A stretch of DNA of 64,000 nt, from positions 672,001 to 736,000 of the forward strand of contig CAWETI010000003.1 of the NCBI GenBank assembly GCA_963812015.1, in the 5' to 3' direction. The stretch comes from an uncultured delta proteobacterium (GTDB taxonomy: Bacteria > Desulfobacterota > Desulfobaccia > Desulfobaccales > 0-14-0-80-60-11). Below the pieces are notes generated by a model. That model did not search any database. It was not told the DNA's origin and worked only from the letters and a program-made list of their open reading frames with translations. Position numbers and translations under genes: made by a program. The number at the start of each line of letters is the position of its first letter. Position 1 is the stretch's first letter. Of this stretch, positions 1 to 9,192 are shown one piece after another.

Positions 1-1
1 G

Positions 2-322
2 GTCCGGGGAAACGTCTGGGTTCACTGCTTCCCCGGCAAGGAAGGCTTCAGCCTGCCGGAGTTCAGGAAGGGGCTGGAGTGGTTTCTGGCCCACACCGAA
101 TGTCCCGGCTGCCTGGAGGGACGGGGTCTGGAGGACTGTCCCGTCCGCCGGTGCGCCGAGGCCCGGCGGATCAAGCATTGCTATCAATGCCCGGACCTGG
201 AGCCCTGCGACAAGTATGAGCTGCTCCTGGTGCAGTTTCCCGACGTGAAGGTCAACCTGCGGCGGCGCCAGTTGAAGTTCAAGGCGAGTGAGTATCACCG
301 CAAATTGGAAGGGAAGAAATAG
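2..322 (+). CDS. Cys-rich DUF3795-like protein, 5'-truncated by window edge
   Basis: Frame 2 open from base 2 to TAG 320-322; ECPGC...CPVRRCAEARRIKHCYQCPDLEPCDK resembles the DUF3795 Cys pattern; absent from ORF track because it has no start. Confidence 0.65.
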   Translation, partial: VRGNVWVHCFPGKEGFSLPEFRKGLEWFLAHTECPGCLEGRGLEDCPVRRCAEARRIKHCYQCPDLEPCDKYELLLVQFPDVKVNLRRRQLKFKASEYHRKLEGKK

Positions 323-472
323 TAAGGCCGTAAGCGGAAAAATTCGGCCTCTCTCCTGTAGCCAAAGATTGAAGCCTGCTCTTTCTCTTTTCCAACCAGG
401 ATCTTGGGAACCAAGCAGGATGAGCCATAATCTTTAGCAGTAAGAGCGTTTAAAGCAGTTACTCAAGGTGAC

Positions 473-1315
473 ATGATCCCCCGGGTGGTCAAACGCGAAA
501 CCGACGCTTTGCTGGAATTGACGCTGAAGCTGTTCGTCGATAAGGTCGAGCTGCGCCTGGATAAGGGGCTGTGCATCAAGTGCGACATCTGCGCCAAAGT
601 CTGCCCCCGGGAGGCGGTCATCATTATTCCCGGGGACGATGGCCTGGACATCACCATCGACCCCCGCCTCTGTCTGATGTGCGAAATCTGCGCCCATTTC
701 TGCCCGGTGGCCGCGGTGACCCTGAGCTACAACGGCGAGGTCAAGACCATCATGGCGGACCACCAGGGGCTGGCGCCGTTTCTCCCCAAGATCGACATGG
801 ACAAGAGCCGGTGCCTGCTGCCCTGCCCGACCCAGCCCGAGGGCGAGGAGCACTGGTGCCGCCAACAACTCCAGCTGGTCCCCAACGATCTGACGGAGTG
901 CCCCAAGCAGTGCCGCAAGTGCCTGGCCGCCTGTCCCCGCCAGGCTATCGTCTTGGATGAGGCCGCGGGCCAGACCGTGCCTGCCCCCGACCTGTGTCTC
1001 CGATGCACCCAGTGTCTGACGGTGTGCCAGGAGGAGGCCATTATCGTCAATCCCCAGTTCCGGGGGCGCCTGGTCATCGACGACCACAAGTGCCCGCCGG
1101 ACTGCATGAAATGCATCGAATGGTGCCCGGTGAAGGCCATTGAGCGGGACGGGGACCGGGTCTTTTTTAAGGTGGAGAACTGCGCCTACTGCGGGGTCTG
1201 CGTCAACATCTGCGACGACGCGGCCATCACCCTGGTTCGGGAGGAAGTGGTGGCCGAGGCCGGGGAGTTTTCTCACGCTTGGGAAACGGCGGTGGGCAAG
1301 TTGGTAAATACATAA
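473..1315 (+). CDS. Polyferredoxin (multiple 4Fe-4S clusters, FwdF/MvhB-like)
   Basis: Repeated CxxCxxCxxxC(P) motifs (CIKCDICAKVCP, CLMCEICAHFCP, CLRCTQCLTVC, CAYCGVCVNIC). Confidence 0.85.
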   Translation: MIPRVVKRETDALLELTLKLFVDKVELRLDKGLCIKCDICAKVCPREAVIIIPGDDGLDITIDPRLCLMCEICAHFCPVAAVTLSYNGEVKTIMADHQGLAPFLPKIDMDKSRCLLPCPTQPEGEEHWCRQQLQLVPNDLTECPKQCRKCLAACPRQAIVLDEAAGQTVPAPDLCLRCTQCLTVCQEEAIIVNPQFRGRLVIDDHKCPPDCMKCIEWCPVKAIERDGDRVFFKVENCAYCGVCVNICDDAAITLVREEVVAEAGEFSHAWETAVGKLVNT

Positions 1316-1341
1316 GGGCGCATGGGGGCGCCATGGTTATC

Positions 1342-3738
1342 ATGAGCGAAGACCTGCGCATCGGCCTTTACATTTGCCACTGCGGGCACAATATCGCCGG
1401 GGTCGTCAGCCCTGTGGCCCTGGCGGACGCGGCCCGGGGTTGGCCGGGGGTGGCGGTGTGCCGGGATCATCTCTACTCCTGCTCCGAGGCGGGCCAGCGG
1501 GATATCGCCAAGGATATCCAGCAATTCGGCTTGAACCGCCTGGTGGTGGCGGCCTGCTCCCCCAAGCTGCACGAGCCCACCTTCCGGCGTCTCTTAGCCG
1601 ATAACGGGGTCAATCCCTATCTCCTGGCAATCGTCAATATCCGGGAGCATTGCTCCTGGGTCCACGCCCGGGAGCCGGAGGCTGCGTTGGCAAAGGCCCT
1701 GGAGCTGATCCGCATGGGGCTGGCCAAGGTGCGGGAGGCCTGCGCCCTTGCGGAGCGCCAGGTGCCCGTGACCCGGGCCGCCCTGGTGGTGGGCGGGGGC
1801 CCGGCGGGCCTGAGGGCCGCCCTGGACATCGCCCACGCCGGGATTCCCGTGACCCTGGTGGAACGCGCCCCCATCCTGGGAGGCATGGCCAACCGGTTGT
1901 ACAAGACCTTTCCTCAAGGCCAGAGCAGCTTGAGCCTCATCAATCCCATGATGGCGGCGGTGATGCTCCATCCCGGCATCACGGTGCTCACCGGCAGCTC
2001 CGTCACCGGGGTCAGCGGCCACCTGGGCAACTATAAGGTGACGGTGCGGCAAACCCGTGCCCGGGTCACGGAGGCCTGCGACCGCTGCGGGGAGTGCGCC
2101 GCGGTTTGCCCGGTAAAAGTGCCGGATGACCGGGAAGGGGGGCAGGGCCAGAGGACGGCCATTTACCTGCCGTCGCCCACGGCCTTTCCGGCCCGCTACG
2201 TGGTGGATTTGGCCCACTGCGACTGCTGCGGCCGATGTGTCCCGGCCTGCCCCCGCCAGGCCATCGATTTGGCGATCGAGGGGGAAGTCGACCTTAGCCT
2301 GGAGGTGGGGGGCATGGTGATGGCCACGGGCTTTAGGCCTTTTGAGCTGGCAGGCAGCCGCTATGAGACCTGGGCGGCGCTGCCCCAGGTCATCACCACC
2401 GTGGCCCTGGAACGCCGCTTGGCCCTCCAGGGGGCCGGCGGGGGCGGGGGGCTGCTCCCCGGTGTGGCCGCCGACCCCCGGGACATCGCCTTTGTCCTGT
2501 GCGTGGGCTCCCGGGAAGAAGAGGGCAACCGCTTCTGCTCCCGGGTCTGCTGCCCCACGGCCTTGAAGCAGGCCCTGGAATTGAAGGCTCTCCTGCCCCA
2601 GGCCCGCATCCGCATCTATTACCGGGATATCAGGGCCACCAAGAAGGAGTGGGAAGCCCTCTACACCCGGGCCCGGGAGGCGGGCATCATTTTCATGCGG
2701 GCCCGGGTGCGGGACATCCGGTCCGGTGAGGGGGGCCAGGTGGTGATCGAGGCGGACCAGGAATTAGGGCAGTGGGTGAGCCGGGACCGGGTGGACCTGG
2801 CGGTGCTGGCGGTGGGCATGACGCCGGGGGACGGGGTCGCCCTCAGGGAGGTGCTGAAGCTGCCGGTGGGGCCCGACGGTTTTTTCCTGGAGGCCCACCC
2901 CAAGCTGCGCCCCCTGGAGACGGTGCTGGACGGCATCTACCTGGCCGGGGCCTGCCAGGGTCCCAAAGACCTGGCCGATTCCATCACCCAGGGCTCCGGG
3001 GCCGCGGCCAAGATTCTGAGCCTCATGGCGCATGACACCATCACCCTGGACGGCCTGATATGCGAAGTGGACCCGGACCGGTGCATCGGCTGCGAGAGCT
3101 GTTACCAGGAATGCCCGTTCCAGGCGGTGGAAATGGTGGGGGAGGGGAAAGAACGCCGGGCCCGGATCATCAGCGCGGCCTGCAAGGGATGCGGGGTGTG
3201 CGCCGGGGCCTGTCCCAGCGGGGCGGTGATCGCCCGGGGCTTTACCGACGAGATGATTTTGGCCCAGGTCGATGAGGCCCTAGCGGCCAATCCCGAGGAA
3301 AAGATCCTGGCTTTCTGCTGCAACTGGTGCTCCTATGCCGGGGCGGATTTCGCCGGGGTGTCCCGGCTGCAATACCCCCCAGCGGTGCGGATCATCCGGA
3401 CCCTGTGCGCCGGGCGGGTCCATCCCAAGTTCATCCTCCATGCCTTTGAACAGGGGGCCGGCCAGGTGCTGGTCTCGGGCTGCCACCCGCCGGGAGACTG
3501 CCATTACGTGGCCGGGAACCTCAGGGCCCAGGCCCGGATCGAGAAGCTCAAACCCAAGCTGGCCAAGCAGGGCATCGACCCGGCGCGCCTGCGGCTGGAG
3601 TGGATTTCGGCCACGGAGGGCAAAAACTTTCAGCAAGTTATCCAGGAGATGGTTGAAAGGATAGGGACGAAAAGGGGGAAAGGCGAAAGGGCGAAAGGGG
3701 AAATGCGAGAATCAGATTTTTCAGAGCCGGAAGGTTAG
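1342..3738 (+). CDS. hdrA: HdrA-like flavoprotein fused to C-terminal MvhD domain (QmoB-like layout), Cys-type
   Basis: N-terminal CHCG, VVAACSP, VGGGPAG FAD motif, ferredoxin inserts, CVGSR..CSRVCC, EAHPKLRP, C-terminal [22 protein letters not shown] (MvhD); start set at MSEDLRIG. Confidence 0.9.
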   Translation: MSEDLRIGLYICHCGHNIAGVVSPVALADAARGWPGVAVCRDHLYSCSEAGQRDIAKDIQQFGLNRLVVAACSPKLHEPTFRRLLADNGVNPYLLAIVNIREHCSWVHAREPEAALAKALELIRMGLAKVREACALAERQVPVTRAALVVGGGPAGLRAALDIAHAGIPVTLVERAPILGGMANRLYKTFPQGQSSLSLINPMMAAVMLHPGITVLTGSSVTGVSGHLGNYKVTVRQTRARVTEACDRCGECAAVCPVKVPDDREGGQGQRTAIYLPSPTAFPARYVVDLAHCDCCGRCVPACPRQAIDLAIEGEVDLSLEVGGMVMATGFRPFELAGSRYETWAALPQVITTVALERRLALQGAGGGGGLLPGVAADPRDIAFVLCVGSREEEGNRFCSRVCCPTALKQALELKALLPQARIRIYYRDIRATKKEWEALYTRAREAGIIFMRARVRDIRSGEGGQVVIEADQELGQWVSRDRVDLAVLAVGMTPGDGVALREVLKLPVGPDGFFLEAHPKLRPLETVLDGIYLAGACQGPKDLADSITQGSGAAAKILSLMAHDTITLDGLICEVDPDRCIGCESCYQECPFQAVEMVGEGKERRARIISAACKGCGVCAGACPSGAVIARGFTDEMILAQVDEALAANPEEKILAFCCNWCSYAGADFAGVSRLQYPPAVRIIRTLCAGRVHPKFILHAFEQGAGQVLVSGCHPPGDCHYVAGNLRAQARIEKLKPKLAKQGIDPARLRLEWISATEGKNFQQVIQEMVERIGTKRGKGERAKGEMRESDFSEPEG

Positions 3739-3746
3739 GAGGATAT

Positions 3747-3950
3747 ATGCCCTTTGTCAACATCAAGATCACCAAAGATGGCGCGACCCCGGAACAGAAA
3801 GCCGAACTCATTAAGGGAGTTACCGATCTGCTGGTGAAAGTGCTCCAGAAGAATCCCGCCACCACTGTGGTGCTGATCGAAGAAGTGGACACCGACAATT
3901 GGGGGATCGGGGGAGAGACGGTAACCGCGAGAAGGGGTAAAGGCAAGTAG
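3747..3950 (+). CDS. 4-oxalocrotonate tautomerase family protein
   Basis: 67 aa, MPFVNIKI (Pro1 after Met removal), EQKAELI, NWGIGG; RBS AGGAGG. Confidence 0.9.
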   Translation: MPFVNIKITKDGATPEQKAELIKGVTDLLVKVLQKNPATTVVLIEEVDTDNWGIGGETVTARRGKGK

Positions 3951-4098
3951 CGTTAAATCGTCCATTCTAGGTAATATGCTGCGCAGTATGCGCTCACCAG
4001 TGAGGCCGCGATTAGCCAATCCTTAACCTTGGCTGAATGCGGGAAGCTGACCGCTGATAGCTGATACAAAGGGCTGCGGCGACGGATTGAAACCAAAA

Positions 4099-5703
4099 AT
4101 GACCCGGCGTAAAGTGCTCATATGCCCCTGTCCCGACCTGGCGATTGATGGCCGGGAACTGGCGGCGCGGCTGAAGGAGATGGGCGTGCCGGCCGAGCTG
4201 GGGCCGCCGCTGTGCACGCCGGACGGTTTGGCCCGGCTCAAAAAACTTACGGCAGCCAAGGCCGGGACCTGGCTGGTGGCCGCCTGCGGGCCGGAGATCC
4301 ATGCCGGCTTTTTGCCGGAGCCGGTGGTGGATGTGCGGTCCTGTGCCGATCTTTCGACCGCAATGGGGGCCCTGACCCTGGCCCTTTCGGCCCCGGAGGC
4401 GCCGGAACCTCCGGCCGGCCCGGTCTGCCGAGAGGTGCTGGTGGTGGGCGGGGGCGTGGGGGGGAGCCAGGCGGCCCTGGATCTGGCCAACGCCGGGTTC
4501 AAGGTCTACCTGGCCGAGTCTTCGCTCTCCATCGGCGGCACCATGGCCCAGTTGGACAAGACCTTCCCCACCCTGGATTGCTCCATCTGCATCCTGGGGC
4601 CGAAACTGGTGGAGGTGGCCGCCCATCCCAACATCGAGCTGCTCAGCTATGCCAGTCTCAGCCACATTGCGGGCCAAGCCGGGGGGTTTGAGGTGGAAGT
4701 CACCATCAAGCCCCGCTACGTGAACATGAGCAAGTGCGTGGGGTGCGGGACCTGCACCACAGTGTGCCCGGTGATCGTGCCCAGCCGCTGGAATCTGGGG
4801 CTCAAGCCCCGGAAATGCATCCGGATCATCTTCGCCCAGGCGGTGCCGCTCAGGGCCACCATTGAAAAGGACTACTGCATCGATTGCCAGATGTGCGTCC
4901 AGGCCTGCGAGCATCAGGCCATCAACCTCCTGTACCATCTCAGCCAGCGGCGCCTGACGGTGGGCGCCATTGTCCTGGCCACCGGAGCGCACCCCTTTGA
5001 CCCCAGCATCAAGAGCGAGTACGGCTATGGCCGCATCGCCGGAGTGGTGACCAATTTGGAGTTCGAGCGCATCGTCTGCGCCACCGGTCCCACTTTGGGC
5101 AGCCTGGTATCTCCCGGAGGCCGGCCGGTGAAACGCCTGGCCTTCATCCAGTGCGTGGGCTCCCGGGACCGGCGCTTCCTGCCCTATTGCTCCGGTTATT
5201 GCTGCACCGCCTCCATCAAGGAAGCCATGCTGGCCCTGGAACATGAGCCGGACTGCGAAGTCACCATTTTCTACAACGATATCCGCACCTCCGGCAAAGG
5301 CTTTGAAGAGTTGTACCTGCGGGCCAGGGCGGCGGGGGTCCGGTTCATCAAGGGGCTGCCGGGGCGCATCACTGAGGACGGCGAGGGGAGGCCGGTCATC
5401 TGCTATGAAGACCAGGAGAGGGGAGGGCGGCGGCAGCTGGCCGTGGATATGGCGGTGCTGGCGTTGGGGTTAGAGGCTCCGGGGGATCTCCTGCCCTTTG
5501 CGGACCGGGGCCCGGCCCGAGACGGGCTGGGCTTTTACCAGGAGCGCCACCCCATCCTGCACCCCCTGGAGTCCACCGTGCCGGGAGTCTTTCTGGCGGG
5601 AACCTGCCAGGGACCCCGGGACATCGCCGAAACCGTGTGCCAGGGGAGCGGGGTGGCGGCCCGGGTCATCCGGCTGTTGACCGGGCTCAACGGGAAAAGC
5701 TGA
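4099..5703 (+). CDS. hdrA: HdrA-like flavoprotein (short form, no C-terminal ferredoxin), Cys-type
   Basis: VVGGGVGG, IGGTMAQLDKTFPTLDCSICILGPKL, ferredoxin insert, [25 protein letters not shown]. Confidence 0.88.
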   Translation: MTRRKVLICPCPDLAIDGRELAARLKEMGVPAELGPPLCTPDGLARLKKLTAAKAGTWLVAACGPEIHAGFLPEPVVDVRSCADLSTAMGALTLALSAPEAPEPPAGPVCREVLVVGGGVGGSQAALDLANAGFKVYLAESSLSIGGTMAQLDKTFPTLDCSICILGPKLVEVAAHPNIELLSYASLSHIAGQAGGFEVEVTIKPRYVNMSKCVGCGTCTTVCPVIVPSRWNLGLKPRKCIRIIFAQAVPLRATIEKDYCIDCQMCVQACEHQAINLLYHLSQRRLTVGAIVLATGAHPFDPSIKSEYGYGRIAGVVTNLEFERIVCATGPTLGSLVSPGGRPVKRLAFIQCVGSRDRRFLPYCSGYCCTASIKEAMLALEHEPDCEVTIFYNDIRTSGKGFEELYLRARAAGVRFIKGLPGRITEDGEGRPVICYEDQERGGRRQLAVDMAVLALGLEAPGDLLPFADRGPARDGLGFYQERHPILHPLESTVPGVFLAGTCQGPRDIAETVCQGSGVAARVIRLLTGLNGKS

Positions 5704-5746
5704 GCGACCGGCGCTAACCGCGTCAGCAGGTTTCGCCTGATTAAAG

Positions 5747-5775
5747 TTGACAGTTCCGGGGCAAATTTATATATT
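5747..5775 (+). promoter_or_regulatory. Sigma70-type promoter for riboswitch/cbi operon
   Basis: TTGACA (5747-5752)-N17-TATATT (5770-5775) just before the riboswitch. Confidence 0.65.
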
Positions 5776-5781
5776 CTATCA

Positions 5782-5941
5782 TCCGGGTACCCTTCGGGGT
5801 TTAATGGGGAAGACGGCAGAGCCGTCGCGGTCCCGCCGCTGTGACCGGGGACGAACCCTGCACGAGGCCACTGTTCCACCGAAGTGGGATGGGAAGGCGC
5901 AGGCACTAGGTTGATCCGGGAGCCAGAAGACCTGCCCGGAG
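5782..5941 (+). ncRNA. Cobalamin (AdoCbl) riboswitch aptamer
   Basis: Hallmark segments AATGGGGAA, CCCGCCGCTGTGA, GCCACTG...GGGAAGGC, B12 box GAGCCAGAAGACCTGCC; closing TCCGGGTA/TGCCCGGA; upstream of B12 genes. Confidence 0.95.
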
Positions 5942-6026
5942 GTCTGGAGCCAGCCTAAGCCTGGCCCAGGCACAGGAGTCGCTCCGGACAAGCGGCCCCT
6001 CATTTAAGGATAAAGAAGCTGGGTGC

Positions 6027-6061
6027 ATCCTTAAGTCCATTGGGACTTAAGGATTTTTTTT
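6027..6061 (+). terminator. Intrinsic terminator of riboswitch expression platform
   Basis: ATCCTTAAGTCC-ATTG-GGACTTAAGGAT 12-bp stem plus T run; TTAAGGAT at 6004-6011 could pair with the 5' arm (antiterminator). Confidence 0.8.
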
Positions 6062-6156
6062 CGCCCAGAGGATGCCGAGGACCAGGCAATGACGCCCCGG
6101 CGGGTTCAGGCCATTCGGGCCTTCCGGACCACCTGGATGAGGCGCTGAAGACTCTC

Positions 6157-6296
6157 ATACCAAGTTGCGCTCATAGAAGTAAGAAAAGCTATTGTAGGGA
6201 CATACCTGGCGTGTGCGCCCTCTTGAGGGCGGACACATGGGTCCGCCCCTACAAAAGAATTAAAGGTAAACTACCTATTTGAACGCGACTTGGTAT
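6157..6296. repeat. Miniature element: terminal inverted repeats around a GTAG-type REP doublet
   Basis: ATACCAAGTTGCGCTCA (6157-6173) / TGAACGCGACTTGGTAT (6280-6296), 15/17 match; inner GTAGGG...CCCCTAC 6194-6252. Confidence 0.7.
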
Positions 6297-6301
6297 CAAT
6301 C

Positions 6302-7408
6302 ATGAAGGTGACTTCCTTGCCTACTGAGGACTTGGATCGGGCCGTGGATCTGGCGGAAGCCAGGAGCCGGCAACGACTGGGGGCGCGCCGATTTTACGTC
6401 GCCTTCATCATGCTGAGCCTGGGGCTGGTCCTGTCGGTGGCCCTGGCTACGGGCATCGGCCGCATGGACGTGGGCTGGTCCACCATTGGGGCCGTGATCC
6501 TGGGCAAGCTGGGGTTCACGGTGGGGACCGTCGACCGCACCACGGACGTGGTCATTTGGGGCATCCGCCTCTCCCGGGTGGTGCTCTCGGGGCTGGTGGG
6601 GGCATCTTTAGCCACCGCCGGGGTCATTTTCCAGGGGCTCCTCCTGAACCCCCTGGCCGATCCTTTTACCATCGGGGTGTCCACCGGTGCGGCCTTCGGG
6701 GTGGCGCTCCTGGTGACGTTGGGAGTGGGCGGCAGCTTTCTGGGGTTGAGCCCCCTACCCCTGGGGGCGTTGGTGGGGGCCATGGGGGCCATGATGGCGG
6801 TCCTGGTCCTGTCCCGGGAGTCGGGCCGCATCCGCAAGGAGACCCTGATCCTGGCCGGGATCGTGGTGAGCACCTTTCTGTCCGCCCTCATCAGCCTCAT
6901 CAAGAGCCTGGATGAGGAATCTTTGTCGGCCATCGTCTTCTGGATCATGGGGAGCTTCTCCGGCCGGGGCTGGATCCACGTGGGCTTTCTCCTGCCCTAT
7001 ATGGCGGCCGGCCTGGCGCTGGCCTTCGTTTATCACCGGGAACTGGACATCCTGGCCCTGGGGGAGGAGCAATCCCACCACCTGGGGGTGTCCGTCTCCC
7101 GGGTGAGGATCAATCTTTTGCTGGGGGCGTCGCTCCTCACGGCGGGGGCGGTGTCGGTTTCGGGGGTGATCGGCTTTGTGGGTCTGGTGGTGCCCCACCT
7201 GGTGCGGGTGTTGGCCGGGCCCTCCCATGGGCGGCTGCTGGCGTTGTCCGCCGCGACCGGCGCCCTGATCCTGATCTGGGCCGACGTTCTATCCCGGGTC
7301 CTCCTGGCCAGCGGCCAGGAACTGCCGGTGGGCGTGGTCACCGCGCTCCTGGGCGGGCCGTTTTTCTTTTATCTCCTAAAATCCCGTCGTTCAAAGGGGA
7401 TGTGGTGA
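6302..7408 (+). CDS. btuC: Corrinoid/metal-chelate ABC transporter permease (FecCD/BtuC family)
   Basis: IRLSRV, NPLADPFTIGVSTGA, GEEQSHHLGV, GFVGLVVPH, ELPVGVVTALLGGPFF; under a B12 riboswitch. Confidence 0.85.
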   Translation: MKVTSLPTEDLDRAVDLAEARSRQRLGARRFYVAFIMLSLGLVLSVALATGIGRMDVGWSTIGAVILGKLGFTVGTVDRTTDVVIWGIRLSRVVLSGLVGASLATAGVIFQGLLLNPLADPFTIGVSTGAAFGVALLVTLGVGGSFLGLSPLPLGALVGAMGAMMAVLVLSRESGRIRKETLILAGIVVSTFLSALISLIKSLDEESLSAIVFWIMGSFSGRGWIHVGFLLPYMAAGLALAFVYHRELDILALGEEQSHHLGVSVSRVRINLLLGASLLTAGAVSVSGVIGFVGLVVPHLVRVLAGPSHGRLLALSAATGALILIWADVLSRVLLASGQELPVGVVTALLGGPFFFYLLKSRRSKGMW

Positions 7409-8235
7409 TCCGGGTAGAGGCGCTGGACCTGGGCTACGAGGACCGTCTGGTCCTGGCGGGCCTGAATTTCCAGGTAAACCGGGGGGAATTCGTGGGCATC
7501 CTGGGCCCCAACGGCAGCGGTAAGTCCACTCTGCTCCATGCCCTTTCCGGCCTGCTGCCGCCCAAGCAGGGCCGCATTATTATCAAGTCCGAACCCCTGG
7601 GAGGTCTGCCCAGCCGCCTCCGGGCCCAAATCCTGGCGGTGGTGCCCCAATCCACCGACGTAAGGTTCCCCTTTTCCTGCCTGGAAATCGTGCTCATGGG
7701 GCGGTATCCGCACCGGCGCCGCCTGGGGACCCTGATAGACACGGACCTGGTCTGGGCCCTCCAATCCATGCGCCGGACCACCACGGTGCACCTGAAAGAA
7801 CGCACCATTACCGAGGTCTCCGGAGGGGAATGTCAGCGGGTGGTGATCGCCCGGGCCCTGGCCCAGGACCCGGAAATCCTGCTCCTGGACGAGGCCACCT
7901 CATCCTTAGACGTGCGCAAGAAGCTGGAGATCTTTGAAATCCTCAAGTTTTTGAACGAGACCCGGGGCCTGACGGTGCTCTGCGCCATGCACGACCTAAA
8001 CCTGGCGGCCCTTTATTGCCGGAGGCTTATGTTCATCAAGGAGGAGCGGATCGTGGTGGACGGCCCCACGGACCAGGTATTCACCCCGGAGATTTTGGAA
8101 GAGGTTTACGAGACCCCCATGGAGGTGGTCCGGCACCCCGCCCATCAGCGGCCCTACGCGGTGATGCTGCCGCTGTCGTCGGGCCCCCGGGAGGCGGAGG
8201 CCGAGGCAGACACTCTGGAGGCGATGCAGTCATGA
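7402..8235 (+). CDS. btuD: ABC transporter ATPase (BtuD/FepC-like)
   Basis: GPNGSGKS, VSGGE, LLLDEAT, HDLNLA. Confidence 0.85.
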   Translation: MVIRVEALDLGYEDRLVLAGLNFQVNRGEFVGILGPNGSGKSTLLHALSGLLPPKQGRIIIKSEPLGGLPSRLRAQILAVVPQSTDVRFPFSCLEIVLMGRYPHRRRLGTLIDTDLVWALQSMRRTTTVHLKERTITEVSGGECQRVVIARALAQDPEILLLDEATSSLDVRKKLEIFEILKFLNETRGLTVLCAMHDLNLAALYCRRLMFIKEERIVVDGPTDQVFTPEILEEVYETPMEVVRHPAHQRPYAVMLPLSSGPREAEAEADTLEAMQS

Positions 8236-9152
8236 GGGTGTGTCGATTTGCCGGGCTGGCGTTGTTCGTCTGTTTCATGACGGTGGGGTTGGGAGCCCAA
8301 AACCTGAACGCGGCCCCGATTACGGACGACCGGGGCACCGCGGTGACGTTGGCCGCTCCGCCCCAGCGGATCATCTCCCTGTACGGCGGCCTGACGGAAA
8401 TCTTGAGCGCCATCGGGGTGTCCGACCGGCTCGTGGCCCGCACCCAGGGAGATGAGACCGTCCAGGGGATTCCCACCGTGGGCACCCACCTGCAACCCAA
8501 CGTGGAGATGATCCTGGCCCTGAAGCCGGACCTGGTGGTACAGGGGGGAGTCGCCAAAGGAATCCCGGCCTTGAAGAGGTTGGAGGTGGCGCACGTGCCG
8601 GTGGCCATGTTTGCGCCCAATGATTTCCCCGCCCTGTTCAACACCATCACCCGGCTGGGGGCCCTCACCGGACGGGCGGAGGCCGCCGCAGCGCTGAACC
8701 GGTCCCTGGCGGCCCGGCTCGAAGACGTGGCCCGACGGGTGGCGGGGCGCCCCAAGTCCCGGATTTTTTTCGAGGTGCGGGAACTCAACCTCTTGGCTGC
8801 CGGGCGGGGTTCCATGGTTAATGACATCATCACCCGGGCGGGGGGCGAAAACCTCGTCACCAGCCCCCAAAGAATGACGTTATACAGCCTGGAGGCCCTT
8901 ATCCAGGCCAACCCGGAGGTCTATATCATCCAGAAAGGGCCCATGAACCGCAGCCCGGACAATATTTATACCCGGCCCTATTTTCAGGAACTCCAGGCCG
9001 TGAAGGGCCACCGGGTGCTGGTGGTGGACGAAAGCCTCTATTCCCGGCCGGGACCCCGGTCGGCGGAGGCGGTGGAGGAACTGGCCCGGTTTCTCCACCC
9101 GGAGGCGTGGAAAAGACAGGGATCAGGGGTCAGGGATCAGGGGTCAGAATAA
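8232..9152 (+). CDS. btuF: ABC transporter periplasmic binding protein (BtuF-like)
   Basis: Signal peptide, TDDRG..PQRIISL, ILALKPDLV, SRPGPR; ATGA overlap with ATPase stop. Confidence 0.82.
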   Translation: MRVCRFAGLALFVCFMTVGLGAQNLNAAPITDDRGTAVTLAAPPQRIISLYGGLTEILSAIGVSDRLVARTQGDETVQGIPTVGTHLQPNVEMILALKPDLVVQGGVAKGIPALKRLEVAHVPVAMFAPNDFPALFNTITRLGALTGRAEAAAALNRSLAARLEDVARRVAGRPKSRIFFEVRELNLLAAGRGSMVNDIITRAGGENLVTSPQRMTLYSLEALIQANPEVYIIQKGPMNRSPDNIYTRPYFQELQAVKGHRVLVVDESLYSRPGPRSAEAVEELARFLHPEAWKRQGSGVRDQGSE

Positions 9153-9177
9153 GATTAACTGACTACTATTAACTGGT
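9117..9177. repeat. 7-nt tandem repeats at gene end
   Basis: CAGGGAT CAGGGGT CAGGGAT CAGGGGT then AACTGAC TACTATT AACTGGT. Confidence 0.75.
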
Positions 9178-9192
9178 TACGGGATTCTCTCC

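Noticed and set aside
5701..5740. Sec readthrough at other TGA stops (5703, 35106, 55743, 57474)
   Set aside because: The proteins are complete at these stops and there is no conserved Cys context
6040..6282. 80-aa ORF in the riboswitch leader
   Set aside because: Starts inside the terminator and runs through a REP/MITE; no family features
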